This document shows, in pieces, positions 18,474-28,545 of a stretch of 64,000 nt of DNA. Each line of letters opens with the position of its first letter. The stretch's first letter is position 1. The stretch comes from an uncultured Alphaproteobacteria bacterium (GTDB lineage Bacteria > Pseudomonadota > Alphaproteobacteria > Rs-D84), in contig CANBCI010000003.1 of NCBI GenBank assembly GCA_947367055.1, positions 161,508 to 225,507 of the forward strand, read 5' to 3'. The notes under the pieces were generated by a model. That model was not told the DNA's origin, did no database searches, and worked only from the letters and a program-made list of their open reading frames with translations. Position numbers and translations under genes: made by a program.

Positions 18474-18902
18474 ATGAAAAAAATTATTTTGATTTTTGCG
18501 ACAATGCTGTGTGCCTGCACGTTTCAGACCAAGCATCGCGGCTATGTATTTCCGGCCGATTTGGAATCGGAAATTGCGTCAATAAAAACAACCTCTCAAT
18601 TACAGGATGAAATCGGCGCCCCCCAGGTAAAGACAATCTATGGCGATACCGTCTGGATTTATTACGGGGCGGACGAAAATTACCGCGGGCCGTTGAAAAA
18701 AACATACACAAACCGCACGGTTCTGCTGGCCTGGGTTAATGGAAACCGCGTGACACAAACGCGCGTTCTGCACGATGCGGATTTGCCGCACGTCATGATT
18801 GACGAAGGTGAAACGGAAATCCCGGCGGCAATCGAATTGAACGCAATCCAGGAACTGTTTAACAATGTCGGTCGTTTTACACCGGCTGGATTGGGGCAAT
18901 AA
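18474..18902 (+). CDS. bamE: outer membrane protein assembly factor BamE-like lipoprotein (SmpA/OmlA)
   Basis: It has a lipoprotein signal (…MLCAC). Size and pattern are BamE-like. Confidence 0.55.
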   Translation: MKKIILIFATMLCACTFQTKHRGYVFPADLESEIASIKTTSQLQDEIGAPQVKTIYGDTVWIYYGADENYRGPLKKTYTNRTVLLAWVNGNRVTQTRVLHDADLPHVMIDEGETEIPAAIELNAIQELFNNVGRFTPAGLGQ

Positions 18903-18966
18903 ACAACAAAACATGTTTGCAAAACGACTAAAAAATGTGTAAAATAGGTATGTCGAGAGAATAAAA

Positions 18967-19503
18967 ATGAAAAAGATATTTTGTTCCATCTTATTGATTG
19001 CCATAACCACAAGTGCACATGCCGCCTTTACATCATGCGGGCCGGGATATGTCTTGGCGACCCATTCCAAAATTGACGGTATTCCCGCCGCCGAATGTCA
19101 AAAATTATGGTGCCGTGATTTGGAAACCGGGAAATCAATGGGGTCTGGCAACGCCGCGGCATCCGGGTATCGCGCAACATCCGCATCCCAGGAACTGTGT
19201 GATGCAAACGGCAATTGCGTCGAATGCTTTGGCGACCGCAAATGGTGCAGTGGCGAAGTCATGGGCGCATGGAATCCGGAATATGGCGCATACACACGCG
19301 GCGGCGACGATACCGCAACATACACATCATATTTAAAGGGTTCGTGCTTTGCATGGCGCCTAGAACAGCCGGACTGCGCAGACGGCAAGACCGCAATTTT
19401 GCAGAACGGCGAATGGATATGCACCACCCCCAGTGTTTCGACCGAGGCCGACCGTGCATCCAGCATACGGCGAACCGGCGGCGCACGACGCATATTGCGA
19501 TAA
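18967..19503 (+). CDS. secreted Cys-rich protein (178 aa, 12 Cys, CGPGY motif)
   Basis: It has a signal peptide MKKIFCSILLIAITTSAHA and a dense Cys pattern. It belongs to the same family as 54944..55435. Confidence 0.6.
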   Translation: MKKIFCSILLIAITTSAHAAFTSCGPGYVLATHSKIDGIPAAECQKLWCRDLETGKSMGSGNAAASGYRATSASQELCDANGNCVECFGDRKWCSGEVMGAWNPEYGAYTRGGDDTATYTSYLKGSCFAWRLEQPDCADGKTAILQNGEWICTTPSVSTEADRASSIRRTGGARRILR

Positions 19504-19615
19504 AAATCCGGGCCCATTTGGGCCCGAATTTATTTTATGCCAAATGTTTGTTTTTCCTAATTTTTGTGATATAATATCCGGTAATGAGAGAATGCAACCG
19601 TAAAGAGTATGCAAT

Positions 19616-20179
19616 ATGGCAAGCAAGAAATTAGATTTTAAGACCGGACAATATGTAGTGTATCCGACCCAGGGTGTCGGCAAATTATTACGCATAGAAG
19701 AACAAACCATCGGCGACCAGAAAATCAAGATGCTGGTGATTGATTTTGAACGCAACCACATGACTCTGCGCGTACCGTTGGAACGGGCGGAAATTTCGGG
19801 TTTGCGTCCGTTAATCACATCCAAAAAGATGGACGAGGCAATCGCCGCCGCCAAGGGCAAGGCGGGCGCAAAACGCATGATTTGGGCGCGGCGCGCGGCA
19901 CAATACGAAGAAAACATAAACTCTGGCGACCCAATGAAACTGGCCGAGGTTGTACGCGACCTGCAACGGCGCAGCGCGGCCGACACCATGACATTTTCGG
20001 CGCGTCAATTATACCTGCGCGCACTGGAACGCATGGCCCAGGAATTTGCAATCCTGCACAAGATTGATTTGGACGAGGCATCTGAAAAAATAGAAGATAT
20101 TCTGGGCGTGCCCAAGGAAATCGACTTGAACGCCATTGACATTGACGAAGACGAAGAAATAGAAGACGAAGAGTCATAA
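19616..20179 (+). CDS. cdnL: CarD/CdnL family RNA polymerase-binding transcription factor with acidic C-terminal tail
   Basis: The N-terminus carries the YVVYPTQGVGKL RNAP-interacting domain motif. A TGTGATATAAT extended -10 lies upstream. Confidence 0.8.
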   Translation: MASKKLDFKTGQYVVYPTQGVGKLLRIEEQTIGDQKIKMLVIDFERNHMTLRVPLERAEISGLRPLITSKKMDEAIAAAKGKAGAKRMIWARRAAQYEENINSGDPMKLAEVVRDLQRRSAADTMTFSARQLYLRALERMAQEFAILHKIDLDEASEKIEDILGVPKEIDLNAIDIDEDEEIEDEES

Positions 20180-20184
20180 AAAAT

Positions 20185-20213
20185 AAAATCCCGCATTTCG
20201 CGGGATTTTTTTA
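20185..20213. terminator. bidirectional terminator AAAATCCCGC-ATTT-CGCGGGATTTTTTT
   Basis: A hairpin lies between the convergent cdnL and the 3-gene operon. Confidence 0.6.
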
Positions 20214-20225
20214 TCGCAGATACAT

Positions 20226-20624
20226 TTACTTTGCCTTCTGCATTTGTGCTGCATGTTGAATCATAGCTGCACGTGCGCGTTCGGATTTCACCACCTGACG
20301 CACCATTTCAACCATAATCAAATTACGATTCCCGCCGCGCCGCATTAGAAAACCGTTACGCGGCACACCGTCTATTTTCAATATTTCTGGTGCGATTTCT
20401 ACACCCAGGTCTGCCGCAATTGCGGCAAATTTATCGCCCGCGCCGGTGCGTGGCACAACAAACATATATTCAACCATTTGACTTGCCCGTGCACCGGTCG
20501 TCACCTCGCGATTGATATAACCATAATCGGCAACAGCATCACTGATTTTTTTATACGTGTCTTCCAAATAAGTCATAATCAGACTGTTTGCAATCCAATC
20601 ACGCGTTTGATTTTTTTCATTCAT
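20226..20624 (-). CDS. hypothetical cytoplasmic protein (132 aa), third gene of secreted-protein operon
   Basis: Its start overlaps the upstream stop (ATGA). Confidence 0.45.
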   Translation of the reverse strand: MNEKNQTRDWIANSLIMTYLEDTYKKISDAVADYGYINREVTTGARASQMVEYMFVVPRTGAGDKFAAIAADLGVEIAPEILKIDGVPRNGFLMRRGGNRNLIMVEMVRQVVKSERARAAMIQHAAQMQKAK

Positions 20625-21301
20625 TTATTTACTCCTATAATTTGCTCATTAGTATAATACCTTTTATATTGATTATGAATTTTTGCCATAGCCTCAATAA
20701 ATCTCTGGCAAGTGGTCGAATCCGCATTTAGCCTGCGTGCAATTTCATCATCACGCAATATAGATTCGCATTCAGTACGAATATCGCCCAACGAAGCCAT
20801 ATCATTTACAGATTGCATATAACCATAAAATGGGTCACTAAATGCCCCATACGCATCACCAAAAACCTCTTTCATAATATTACTGTATTCTAACACGTTC
20901 CATTGTATTTTTGTACTGGTATCATCCAACGCTGCAAAACCGGCTTCTGTATATTTAGTAACCAAATTATTGTGTCTACGAATTGCATCTATGGACGTTT
21001 CCAAACAAACATTGATAGCATTCGGCCCTTGATATACAGACATGCACTGGAATAAAATTTCTGCTGGACTGATTGTTACAACACCGTCCTTTGCATTCAA
21101 GTGCGAATAAAAACTTTTCCAAATCTCGTCAGCCTCTAATATACCATAATTAACACTCCTCAATGCATTAAAAAAAGCTCTTCTCAGTGCGTCTGCATAC
21201 CACCGAACAGGGGTGTGTAAGTCAAGATAAGTTGATGGTGTGTCCGCCATACTTGTGCCAACTATCATTAAAAGCCCAATGGCTGCAATTATTTTTTTCA
21301 T
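20621..21301 (-). CDS. hypothetical secreted protein (226 aa, signal peptide MKKIIAAIGLLMIVGTSMA)
   Basis: It has a signal peptide and is translationally coupled to its neighbours. Confidence 0.55.
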   Translation of the reverse strand: MKKIIAAIGLLMIVGTSMADTPSTYLDLHTPVRWYADALRRAFFNALRSVNYGILEADEIWKSFYSHLNAKDGVVTISPAEILFQCMSVYQGPNAINVCLETSIDAIRRHNNLVTKYTEAGFAALDDTSTKIQWNVLEYSNIMKEVFGDAYGAFSDPFYGYMQSVNDMASLGDIRTECESILRDDEIARRLNADSTTCQRFIEAMAKIHNQYKRYYTNEQIIGVNK

Positions 21302-22194
21302 TTTAAAGCCTCCTCACATCTGTCGGCAACTTCGGCCGCGCGTTTAATTGCAGATATTTGTGTTGCGTTGAACACTGTCGCGGTTACCGATGCAACCGTT
21401 GCACCACCCGCCATTACATTTGCCATAGTATTCAAATTCTTTTCTTTTTGCTCGTCGCCACTACGCACGCTTTTTGAATTGGCCATTACACTAGATATTG
21501 TTCCCGCCAATCCAAGTCCAGCACCAACACCACTGGATGCCGTTGCACCATTCGCACGCTTATTCACACTGGATAAGTTTACGGTAGCCCACATGCCACA
21601 TTCTGTTACAACTTTCTGCGCACGAATTATATCTGCATCTGAATCCGTACCTAATACACGCGCCTGACCCAATACACGCGACAGATTATCAATACCTGAA
21701 ATACAGTTATTAATTTGCGATTGCAAATCACCCTTTATACGGTTTGAACCCGCAATAGCCGCACCAGCAATATTTGTGGCGGTATTTGTTGCCAACAGAC
21801 CCGTACGCCAATTTCCAAGTTTTCTAGATTTTTCATCACCTTTATCATTAAGTGCTGTCTTCATATTTTCCAAATTGCGTGCATAATCCCTCAATTCTTG
21901 TTCAAACGCACGTTCATCTTCAATCTTCAACATTGGCAGTTTTTCAAATGCCTCTAATTGCGCATCCAGCGAAGATTTAGCGACACCAACCGCTGTGGCC
22001 GCGCCACCAGCCACGGCCCCCACCGCGGTCACGCCTGTATTTATGCCAGCCATTGTTTTCATGTCTAATAATTCCGCCGAAATATTGCCACAATTCTGGC
22101 GTACATTATCAAGCGCAGTTGTCAGTTCAGTTGAGGCATATCCAACGGATTCATAACATAACAACAGTGCCGTAATTAAAAATTTTTTTTGCAT
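21298..22194 (-). CDS. hypothetical secreted Gly/Ala-rich protein (298 aa; repeated GxxxG/AxxxA segments)
   Basis: It has a signal peptide, is the first gene of the operon, and carries an AAGAGGG SD. Confidence 0.55.
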   Translation of the reverse strand: MQKKFLITALLLCYESVGYASTELTTALDNVRQNCGNISAELLDMKTMAGINTGVTAVGAVAGGAATAVGVAKSSLDAQLEAFEKLPMLKIEDERAFEQELRDYARNLENMKTALNDKGDEKSRKLGNWRTGLLATNTATNIAGAAIAGSNRIKGDLQSQINNCISGIDNLSRVLGQARVLGTDSDADIIRAQKVVTECGMWATVNLSSVNKRANGATASSGVGAGLGLAGTISSVMANSKSVRSGDEQKEKNLNTMANVMAGGATVASVTATVFNATQISAIKRAAEVADRCEEALK

Positions 22195-22450
22195 ACCGCC
22201 CTCTTTTCAAATTAAAATAACCGTCAATTTAGGAATGACGGTCGGGGAGTTTGCGAAATCAGTTTGCTATTGATTCTGCCGCTTTCGGGAAGCCCTGTTA
22301 TATAACGGCAGCCCCCCGACAATATACTAGTCGGGCGGATTTAACGATGATAAAACAGCTAATAAACCGAATATATTAACGATCTCTAATCACTGTTTCC
22401 CACCGAGCAAACAGGCTCGCAAAAGCCTACAACCCAATTCCCATTGAGTT
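22195..22450 (-). promoter_or_regulatory. long structured 5' leader of 3-gene operon: three-way alternative pairing CCGCCCGAC / GUCGGGGGGC / CUCCCCGAC enclosing CUGCCG...CGGCAG hairpin, then terminator CCGUCA-UUCCUAAAU-UGACGG + U-run 20 nt before SD
   Basis: Complementary segments are read directly from the sequence. A TTGTAA-17-TAAAAT promoter (with TGn) lies at 22458-22486 on the minus strand. Confidence 0.4.
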
Positions 22451-22491
22451 GGTTAATATTTTATCACAAAAGACAATAATTTACAACTATT

Positions 22492-22514
22492 AAATCCCGC
22501 GAACCGCGGGATTA
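22492..22514 (-). terminator. plsX terminator AATCCCGCG-AACC-GCGGGATT
   Basis: A hairpin lies immediately downstream of the plsX stop. Confidence 0.55.
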
Positions 22515-22541
22515 TTAACTTTTAATTTATATTTATTTTTT

Positions 22542-23615
22542 TTATTCAGTGACCGCATCATTCTGTAATTGGGCACGAACATGTGCAATTGCATGCGCGC
22601 GCGCCGCAATAACATCATTCAAATTTGCACCGGTCAAATCCGACGCATGCCGTATTGCGTTCGCAAACGCCAGCGCATCACTGTTTCCGTGCGTCTTTAC
22701 CGCAAACCCGCGCAACCCCAGGAACATGGCCCCAGCATAAGAACGCGGATCAATTTTATGCTTTAACCGCTTGAAAACATGAACCAGGAAAAACGCCCCG
22801 ATAATCGCCAGAAATGATTTTTTTAAGTTATCCATTAAAACGCGCTTTATCAGTTTCGCCGTTCCCTCCACCGTTTTCAAAACAATATTGCCTGTAAAAC
22901 CGTCCGTGACAACGACCTGAACATTTCCGGCACTGATGTCATTACCTTCTACGAATCCGATATATTCGTACGGCAATTCATCCTTGTGCTCCTGCAGAAT
23001 CTTGTTCAAATGCTGTAATTTTTCATTGCCCTTGGTGTCTTCTTCGCCAATGTTTAAAATGCCCAGTTTCGGTTTGCCCATTTTGCCGATAACCTCGGCA
23101 TAAACGCTGCCCAGGACCGCAAAATCAAACAGGTTTTCTTCGTCGCATTGAACATTTGCGCCCAAATCCAGCAACACAACACGCGAATCCCCGCCACCCG
23201 ACGGCAACATCGTCGTAATCGCAGGGCGCGAAATCCCGTCAATTGTTTTCAGCGCCAGTTTGGCCAGCGACATCAGCACACCGGTATTTCCCGCACTGAC
23301 AACGGCGGCGGAATTGCCCTCGCGCACATCTTTGATTGCCATATACATTGATGTATCCTGGGCATGGCGGATTATGTCGCGAACCTTGTCTGTACCCTTA
23401 ATCGCATTTGGCGCATGAATGATTTCGCAATTGCGCGCCACACGCGGATATTTCGCCAATAACTTGTTCAGACGTTTTTCATCACCAAATACGCGAAAAA
23501 ATACGCCGTCTTCGCCGTTTTGATACAGGAACTGGTTCATGCCGCCCATTACCGCGGCCGGTCCCTTGTCCCCGCCCATTGCATCAATTGATATTATTTT
23601 CTTTTCAGTTGACAT
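22542..23615 (-). CDS. plsX: phosphate acyltransferase PlsX
   Basis: The N-terminus IISIDAMGGDKGP and overall length match PlsX. rpmF lies upstream. Confidence 0.9.
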   Translation of the reverse strand: MSTEKKIISIDAMGGDKGPAAVMGGMNQFLYQNGEDGVFFRVFGDEKRLNKLLAKYPRVARNCEIIHAPNAIKGTDKVRDIIRHAQDTSMYMAIKDVREGNSAAVVSAGNTGVLMSLAKLALKTIDGISRPAITTMLPSGGGDSRVVLLDLGANVQCDEENLFDFAVLGSVYAEVIGKMGKPKLGILNIGEEDTKGNEKLQHLNKILQEHKDELPYEYIGFVEGNDISAGNVQVVVTDGFTGNIVLKTVEGTAKLIKRVLMDNLKKSFLAIIGAFFLVHVFKRLKHKIDPRSYAGAMFLGLRGFAVKTHGNSDALAFANAIRHASDLTGANLNDVIAARAHAIAHVRAQLQNDAVTE

Positions 23616-23685
23616 GGTGCATTAAAAAAGCAGAAAGGCAACGCAATCCAGCGCGCCAGTCTGCCCCTTCGATATTTTCGGTTGA

Positions 23686-23835
23686 TTATTTCGCGCCGCA
23701 CGCCGGACAAATGTGGTGCGGACGTTTCTTTTCACCGCATGTTTTGCAAACACTGGCCGGCATGATTGACAATGCATCATGTGAACGACGCTGTGCGCTA
23801 CGTGCTTTACTTGTTTTGCTTTTTGGCGTTGCCAT
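23686..23835 (-). CDS. rpmF: 50S ribosomal protein L32
   Basis: The 49 aa product MATPKSKTSKARSAQRRSHDALSIMPASVCKTCGEKKRPHHICPACGAK is below the track cutoff. Confidence 0.8.
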   Translation of the reverse strand: MATPKSKTSKARSAQRRSHDALSIMPASVCKTCGEKKRPHHICPACGAK

Positions 23836-23899
23836 TTTACTATCCTTTTATTTACAGTTTGCTATTTTAGTTAAATCTTTCACTTTTGCAAGAAAAACT

Positions 23900-24298
23900 T
23901 TAATCCGATATTACCTGGGCGACAAACATGCCATGATTGTGCATCAGTCCGATTACCGGCGTATAATCATCCAACCCCAGATAGAATTTATAACCTTGTG
24001 CCTCTAGCTCTGTAATCTTAGCCAGTTTGTATTCCGCGGTTGTCCCCGGGTACTCGTGCGGTTTGCAAAACACGCGCTTTTTAATATTCGGCAGCAAACC
24101 GTTTATAAATTCTTCAACCTTTTTCTGGCCCATGGCCCAGCGGCCGGTTATAAAAACAATCGTGAAATCCCGCCCCAACGATTCCAGCACCCGTATCATA
24201 TTCGGGTTCGGTTCGCCAAAATGATCATAGTCAGGTATTGCGAACTTCTTGGCCACGACCCCGTCTATATCACAAAAGATTGCCGGAATTTCATGCAT
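23900..24298 (-). CDS. HAD-like phosphatase (small, DIDGV motif)
   Basis: It carries FCDIDGVVAKK as HAD motif I. Confidence 0.5.
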   Translation of the reverse strand: MHEIPAIFCDIDGVVAKKFAIPDYDHFGEPNPNMIRVLESLGRDFTIVFITGRWAMGQKKVEEFINGLLPNIKKRVFCKPHEYPGTTAEYKLAKITELEAQGYKFYLGLDDYTPVIGLMHNHGMFVAQVISD

Positions 24299-24345
24299 TT
24301 GAATACACCCGTGCCCGGGCGAAAACGCCCGGGCACATTTGTTTT

Positions 24346-27300
24346 TTAGATGTCCAACAACTGCTGCTGCGAGGCACCATCGCGGGCCAGTTTTTCAGCC
24401 TTTTCCTCTTCGCGGGCGATTTCGCGAACACGGTGCACATACGCACCCGTACCCGCCGGAATCAGACGACCCACAATCAGGTTTTCATTGATACCCTGCA
24501 GTTTGTCGGTCGCGCCGCTAATCGCCGCGTCAACCAAGACCTTGGTTGTCTGTTGGAACGACGCGTTGGATATGAACGAACGCGATGTCAATGACGCACG
24601 GGTCAGACCGACCAAGACCTGTGATGCCTCGGCCAGGCGCCCATTGTCGCGTGCAACACGCGCGTTTTCTTCTTCGAAATCAACACGGTCAACAACCTGC
24701 CCCATTAGGAAGCCCGTATCACCCGGATTGATGATTTCAACACGACGCGTCATTTCGCGGATCATGATTTCAATGTGCTTGTCATTGATTGCCACGCCCT
24801 GCAGACGGTAAACCTGCTGAATCTGGTCGACCATAAATGTCGCCAATGCTTTCTGGCCCAGGATACGCAAAATATCCTGCGGAACCGGGTCACCGTCGAC
24901 CAACTTGTCAGCCTTTTTCACAACGTCCCCGCTGCGCACCAACAGGTTTGTACCCTTTGGCACGGCGTATTCGACCGGTGCGGAACCATCATCCGGTTCA
25001 ATACGAATGATGATTTTGGATTTCGCATCCTCCAGTTCAATCGTACCGTCAATTTCCGCCAGCAATGCCGGGTTGGCGGGACGACGCACTTCCAACAATT
25101 CGTTAACGCGCGGCAGACCGCCGGTAATATCGCTGGTACGTTTCGCCTGAACCGGGATACGCGCCAAGATGTCACCCGCCGCAACGGTTGCACCATTTGC
25201 AACGTTCAACACCGAATAAATCGGCAACAGGTATTCCGCAATCTTTTTACCGCCCAGGGATATTACATTGCCCTTTTCATCAACCAATGTGATTGCCGGT
25301 TTCAATGCCTTTTTCGTATTGGTTTTCCAATTGATAACCTTGCGCGAAATGATGCCGGTTGTGGAATCAACTTCTTCCTGGTATGAAACATTTTCAACCA
25401 AGTCGTTGAACTGAACAATACCGTCTTTTTCCGCAATAATCGTATTGGAATACGGATCCCATTCGGCAACTTTCGCGCCTTTTTCAACCTTGTCACCGTC
25501 ATTTACAATCAGCATTGACGCATACGGCAGGCTGGCCGTGAACAACTTTGCACCCTTGTCATCAACAATGGATATTTCGCCATTGCGGCTTAACACCACG
25601 ATACGACCGGCAGAGTTTTTAATCGTATTCACACCCGACAGTTTAACCGTACCGGAAACCGGAACCTCTATAAAGTGGCTTTCGGCACCACCGGATGCAA
25701 CACCACCGACGTGGAAGGTACGCAATGTCAACTGGGTACCCGGTTCACCAATGGATTGCCCAGCGATAATTCCGACCGGTTCACCAACATGCACCAGCGC
25801 ATTACGCGACAAGTCCATACCATAGCACTTTGCGCACAAACCGTCACTGTGACATGTCAACACGCTGCGCACATCAACCGACGGCAGGCCCGATTCATTG
25901 ATTTTCTTTGCGGCCGATTTTGTAATCAGTTCGCCGGCCGGTACAATGACTTCCTTGGTAATCGGGTGAACAATATCGTGCGCCGCCGTACGACCCAACA
26001 CAACATCGCCCAGCGCAACGGTCAGGGTTGAACCCTGATATACCGGCTTTGCGGTGATGAATTCCGTTGTACCGCAATCGTGTTCTGTAATAACCGTATT
26101 GTGTGCCAATTCAACCAAACGACGGGTCAAGTAACCAGCGTCCGCGGTCTTCAACGCCGTATCCGACATACCCTTACGCGCACCGTGGGTTGACGTAAAG
26201 TATTCGGACATGGTCAAACCTTCCTTAAAGTTTGAAACAATCGGAACTTCGATAATCGAACCGTCGGGTTTTGCCATCATACCGCGCATACCAGCTAACT
26301 GCTGAATCTGACCCTTGGAACCACGGGCACCGGACAATGCCATCATCAGGATAGAGTTCCAGTTGTCACCACTGGTCTTGCCCAGCGCGGCATACGCCAA
26401 ATCACCCAGTTTATCGGTTGTTTTCTGCCACAGGTCGACCAACTTATTATGTCTTTCGCCACCGGACAGCAAACCGTTCTGATACTGGTTTTCAATTTCT
26501 TCGGCCGATTTTTCCGCATTCGCGATAAGTTCTTTCTTTTCCTCCGGAATAACGATGTCGTCAAATCCGATTGAAATACCACTGCGCGCCGCCTGTTCAA
26601 AGCCGGTGTTTTTAAGCGCGTCGGCCAACAGAATCATTTCCTTGTCCCCGCAACGCTCGTATGTTGTCGCCAACAAAGCCTTGATTTCCTTAACCGGCAT
26701 AACCTTATTCACCAAATCAAACGGCATTTTGTCCGATTTCGGCAACAGTTCACCCAAAATCATGCGGCCGGCCGTGGTCTTGTAAGTTTTGCCGTTGATA
26801 CGCGCAACAATCGGGGTATGCAGCGTAATCGTCTTGTTTTCCAATGCCAACTGCACTTCGTCCATGTTCGCGAAACGCGGCGATTTTTCGTCATGTTCAC
26901 CATTGATAAGCGAGATGTAGTACACACCCAGAACCATGTCCTGTGACGGCACAATCATGGGTTCGCCGTTTGCCGGTGACAGAACATTGTTCGACGACAG
27001 CATAAGTGTGCGCGCCTCCAATTGTGCTTCCAATGAAATCGGAACGTGCACGGACATCTGGTCACCGTCAAAGTCGGCGTTAAAGCCCTTACATACCAAC
27101 GGGTGCAGACGAATCGCCTTGCCTTCGGTCAAGACCGGTTCAAACGCCAGCATGGACAGACGGTGCAACGACGGCGCACGGTTCAGCAAAACCGGATGTT
27201 CGTAAATAACCTTTTCCAGAATTTCCCAAACAACATCTTCGCCGTTTTCAACCATTTTGCGTGCGGTTTTCAATGTATTTGCATATTCACCCGCCATCAG

Positions 27301-28455
27301 TCGTGCATAAACGAACGGTTTGAACAATTCCAGCGCCATTGTTTTCGGCAAACCAACCTGATGCAGTTTCAGGGTCGGCCCCGACACAATAACGGAACGG
27401 CCGGAATAGTCCACACGTTTACCCAACATGTTCATACGGAAACGGCCCGATTTACCACGCAGCGAATCCGACAGGGATTTAAGCGGGCGACGGTTTTGCG
27501 ATACCATTGGGCGCGCCTTGTGTCCGTTGTCGAACAGGGAATCCACCGCTTCCTGCAGCATGCGCTTTTCATTGCGGACGATGATTTCCGGCGCGTGCAT
27601 TTCCATAAATCTTTTCAGACGATTATTGCGGATGATAACGCGACGATACAAATCGTTCAAATCGGATGCCGCAACATGCCCCGCGTCCAAAGTCACCAAC
27701 GGACGCATATCCGGCGGAATAACCGGGATAATGTCGGGCAACATCCATGCCGGATCCGTCTTGGAATCCATAAACGCCTCAACCAGTTTCAACTGCTTGA
27801 TAAGCGCTTTGCGTTTTGCCTCTGACTTGGTGTCCTGCAATTCCGCGCGCAGACGTGTGCGTTCGTCGCCCATGTCCAGGTTCGCGATAATGCTGCGCAC
27901 ACCTTCGGCACCGATGCCGACATGGAACGCGTCCGCACCGAATTCTTCGACAGCGTTTTGATATTCATCTTCGCTGATGACATCATACTGCTTCAGATTG
28001 GTCAAACCCGGTTCAATCACGATATACGCGTCATAGGATATAACCTGTTCCAATTTTTTCTGCGGCAGATTGTTAAGCAATGTCGCAATCTTGCCTTCAC
28101 GCAGGAACCATGTATGCGCAACCGGAATCGCCAGTTTAATGTGCCCCATACGTTCGCGGCGAACAGAGGCCGGCCCGATTTCCACGCCACAGCGTTCGCA
28201 AATCAGTCCCTTGTACTTGATTCTTTTATATTTGCCGCATGCGCATTCATAATCCTTGACCGGGCCAAAAATCTGCTGACAAAACAGACCTTCCGCCTCC
28301 GGCTTTAATGAATGGTAATTGATGGTTTCCGGCTTTTTGACTTCGCCGTGGGACCAAGACAAAATTTCTTCTGGGGACGCGATGGTGATTCGCAGTGCGT
28401 CAAACTGCTCTTTAGTTTCAATTTGTCCGAATATTTTCTGCAACATATTGGTCAT
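24346..28455 (-). CDS. rpoC: DNA-directed RNA polymerase subunit beta'
   Basis: It is 1369 aa with the NADFDGD catalytic motif and zinc-binding Cys residues. Confidence 0.95.
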   Translation of the reverse strand: MTNMLQKIFGQIETKEQFDALRITIASPEEILSWSHGEVKKPETINYHSLKPEAEGLFCQQIFGPVKDYECACGKYKRIKYKGLICERCGVEIGPASVRRERMGHIKLAIPVAHTWFLREGKIATLLNNLPQKKLEQVISYDAYIVIEPGLTNLKQYDVISEDEYQNAVEEFGADAFHVGIGAEGVRSIIANLDMGDERTRLRAELQDTKSEAKRKALIKQLKLVEAFMDSKTDPAWMLPDIIPVIPPDMRPLVTLDAGHVAASDLNDLYRRVIIRNNRLKRFMEMHAPEIIVRNEKRMLQEAVDSLFDNGHKARPMVSQNRRPLKSLSDSLRGKSGRFRMNMLGKRVDYSGRSVIVSGPTLKLHQVGLPKTMALELFKPFVYARLMAGEYANTLKTARKMVENGEDVVWEILEKVIYEHPVLLNRAPSLHRLSMLAFEPVLTEGKAIRLHPLVCKGFNADFDGDQMSVHVPISLEAQLEARTLMLSSNNVLSPANGEPMIVPSQDMVLGVYYISLINGEHDEKSPRFANMDEVQLALENKTITLHTPIVARINGKTYKTTAGRMILGELLPKSDKMPFDLVNKVMPVKEIKALLATTYERCGDKEMILLADALKNTGFEQAARSGISIGFDDIVIPEEKKELIANAEKSAEEIENQYQNGLLSGGERHNKLVDLWQKTTDKLGDLAYAALGKTSGDNWNSILMMALSGARGSKGQIQQLAGMRGMMAKPDGSIIEVPIVSNFKEGLTMSEYFTSTHGARKGMSDTALKTADAGYLTRRLVELAHNTVITEHDCGTTEFITAKPVYQGSTLTVALGDVVLGRTAAHDIVHPITKEVIVPAGELITKSAAKKINESGLPSVDVRSVLTCHSDGLCAKCYGMDLSRNALVHVGEPVGIIAGQSIGEPGTQLTLRTFHVGGVASGGAESHFIEVPVSGTVKLSGVNTIKNSAGRIVVLSRNGEISIVDDKGAKLFTASLPYASMLIVNDGDKVEKGAKVAEWDPYSNTIIAEKDGIVQFNDLVENVSYQEEVDSTTGIISRKVINWKTNTKKALKPAITLVDEKGNVISLGGKKIAEYLLPIYSVLNVANGATVAAGDILARIPVQAKRTSDITGGLPRVNELLEVRRPANPALLAEIDGTIELEDAKSKIIIRIEPDDGSAPVEYAVPKGTNLLVRSGDVVKKADKLVDGDPVPQDILRILGQKALATFMVDQIQQVYRLQGVAINDKHIEIMIREMTRRVEIINPGDTGFLMGQVVDRVDFEEENARVARDNGRLAEASQVLVGLTRASLTSRSFISNASFQQTTKVLVDAAISGATDKLQGINENLIVGRLIPAGTGAYVHRVREIAREEEKAEKLARDGASQQQLLDI

Positions 28456-28545
28456 GTTATTTTGCTCCTTTCAAAAAGAGTGAAAGTTTAGTGCGGGCGA
28501 CCGGCAAATTATTTCACCGGCCGCCGACCACGTACGTCTTCCCAC

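Noticed and set aside
22195-22450. c-di-GMP-I (GEMM) riboswitch or tmRNA/RNase P/SRP RNA in the 350 bp gap upstream of the secreted-protein operon
   Set aside because: Two GCAAAC boxes recall GEMM, but the P1 hairpin with GNRA loop and the tetraloop receptor are missing. No tRNA-like acceptor/T-arm, no tag-peptide reading frame ending in ALAA, and no RNase P P4 motifs were found. The region is kept only as an unclassified structured leader.
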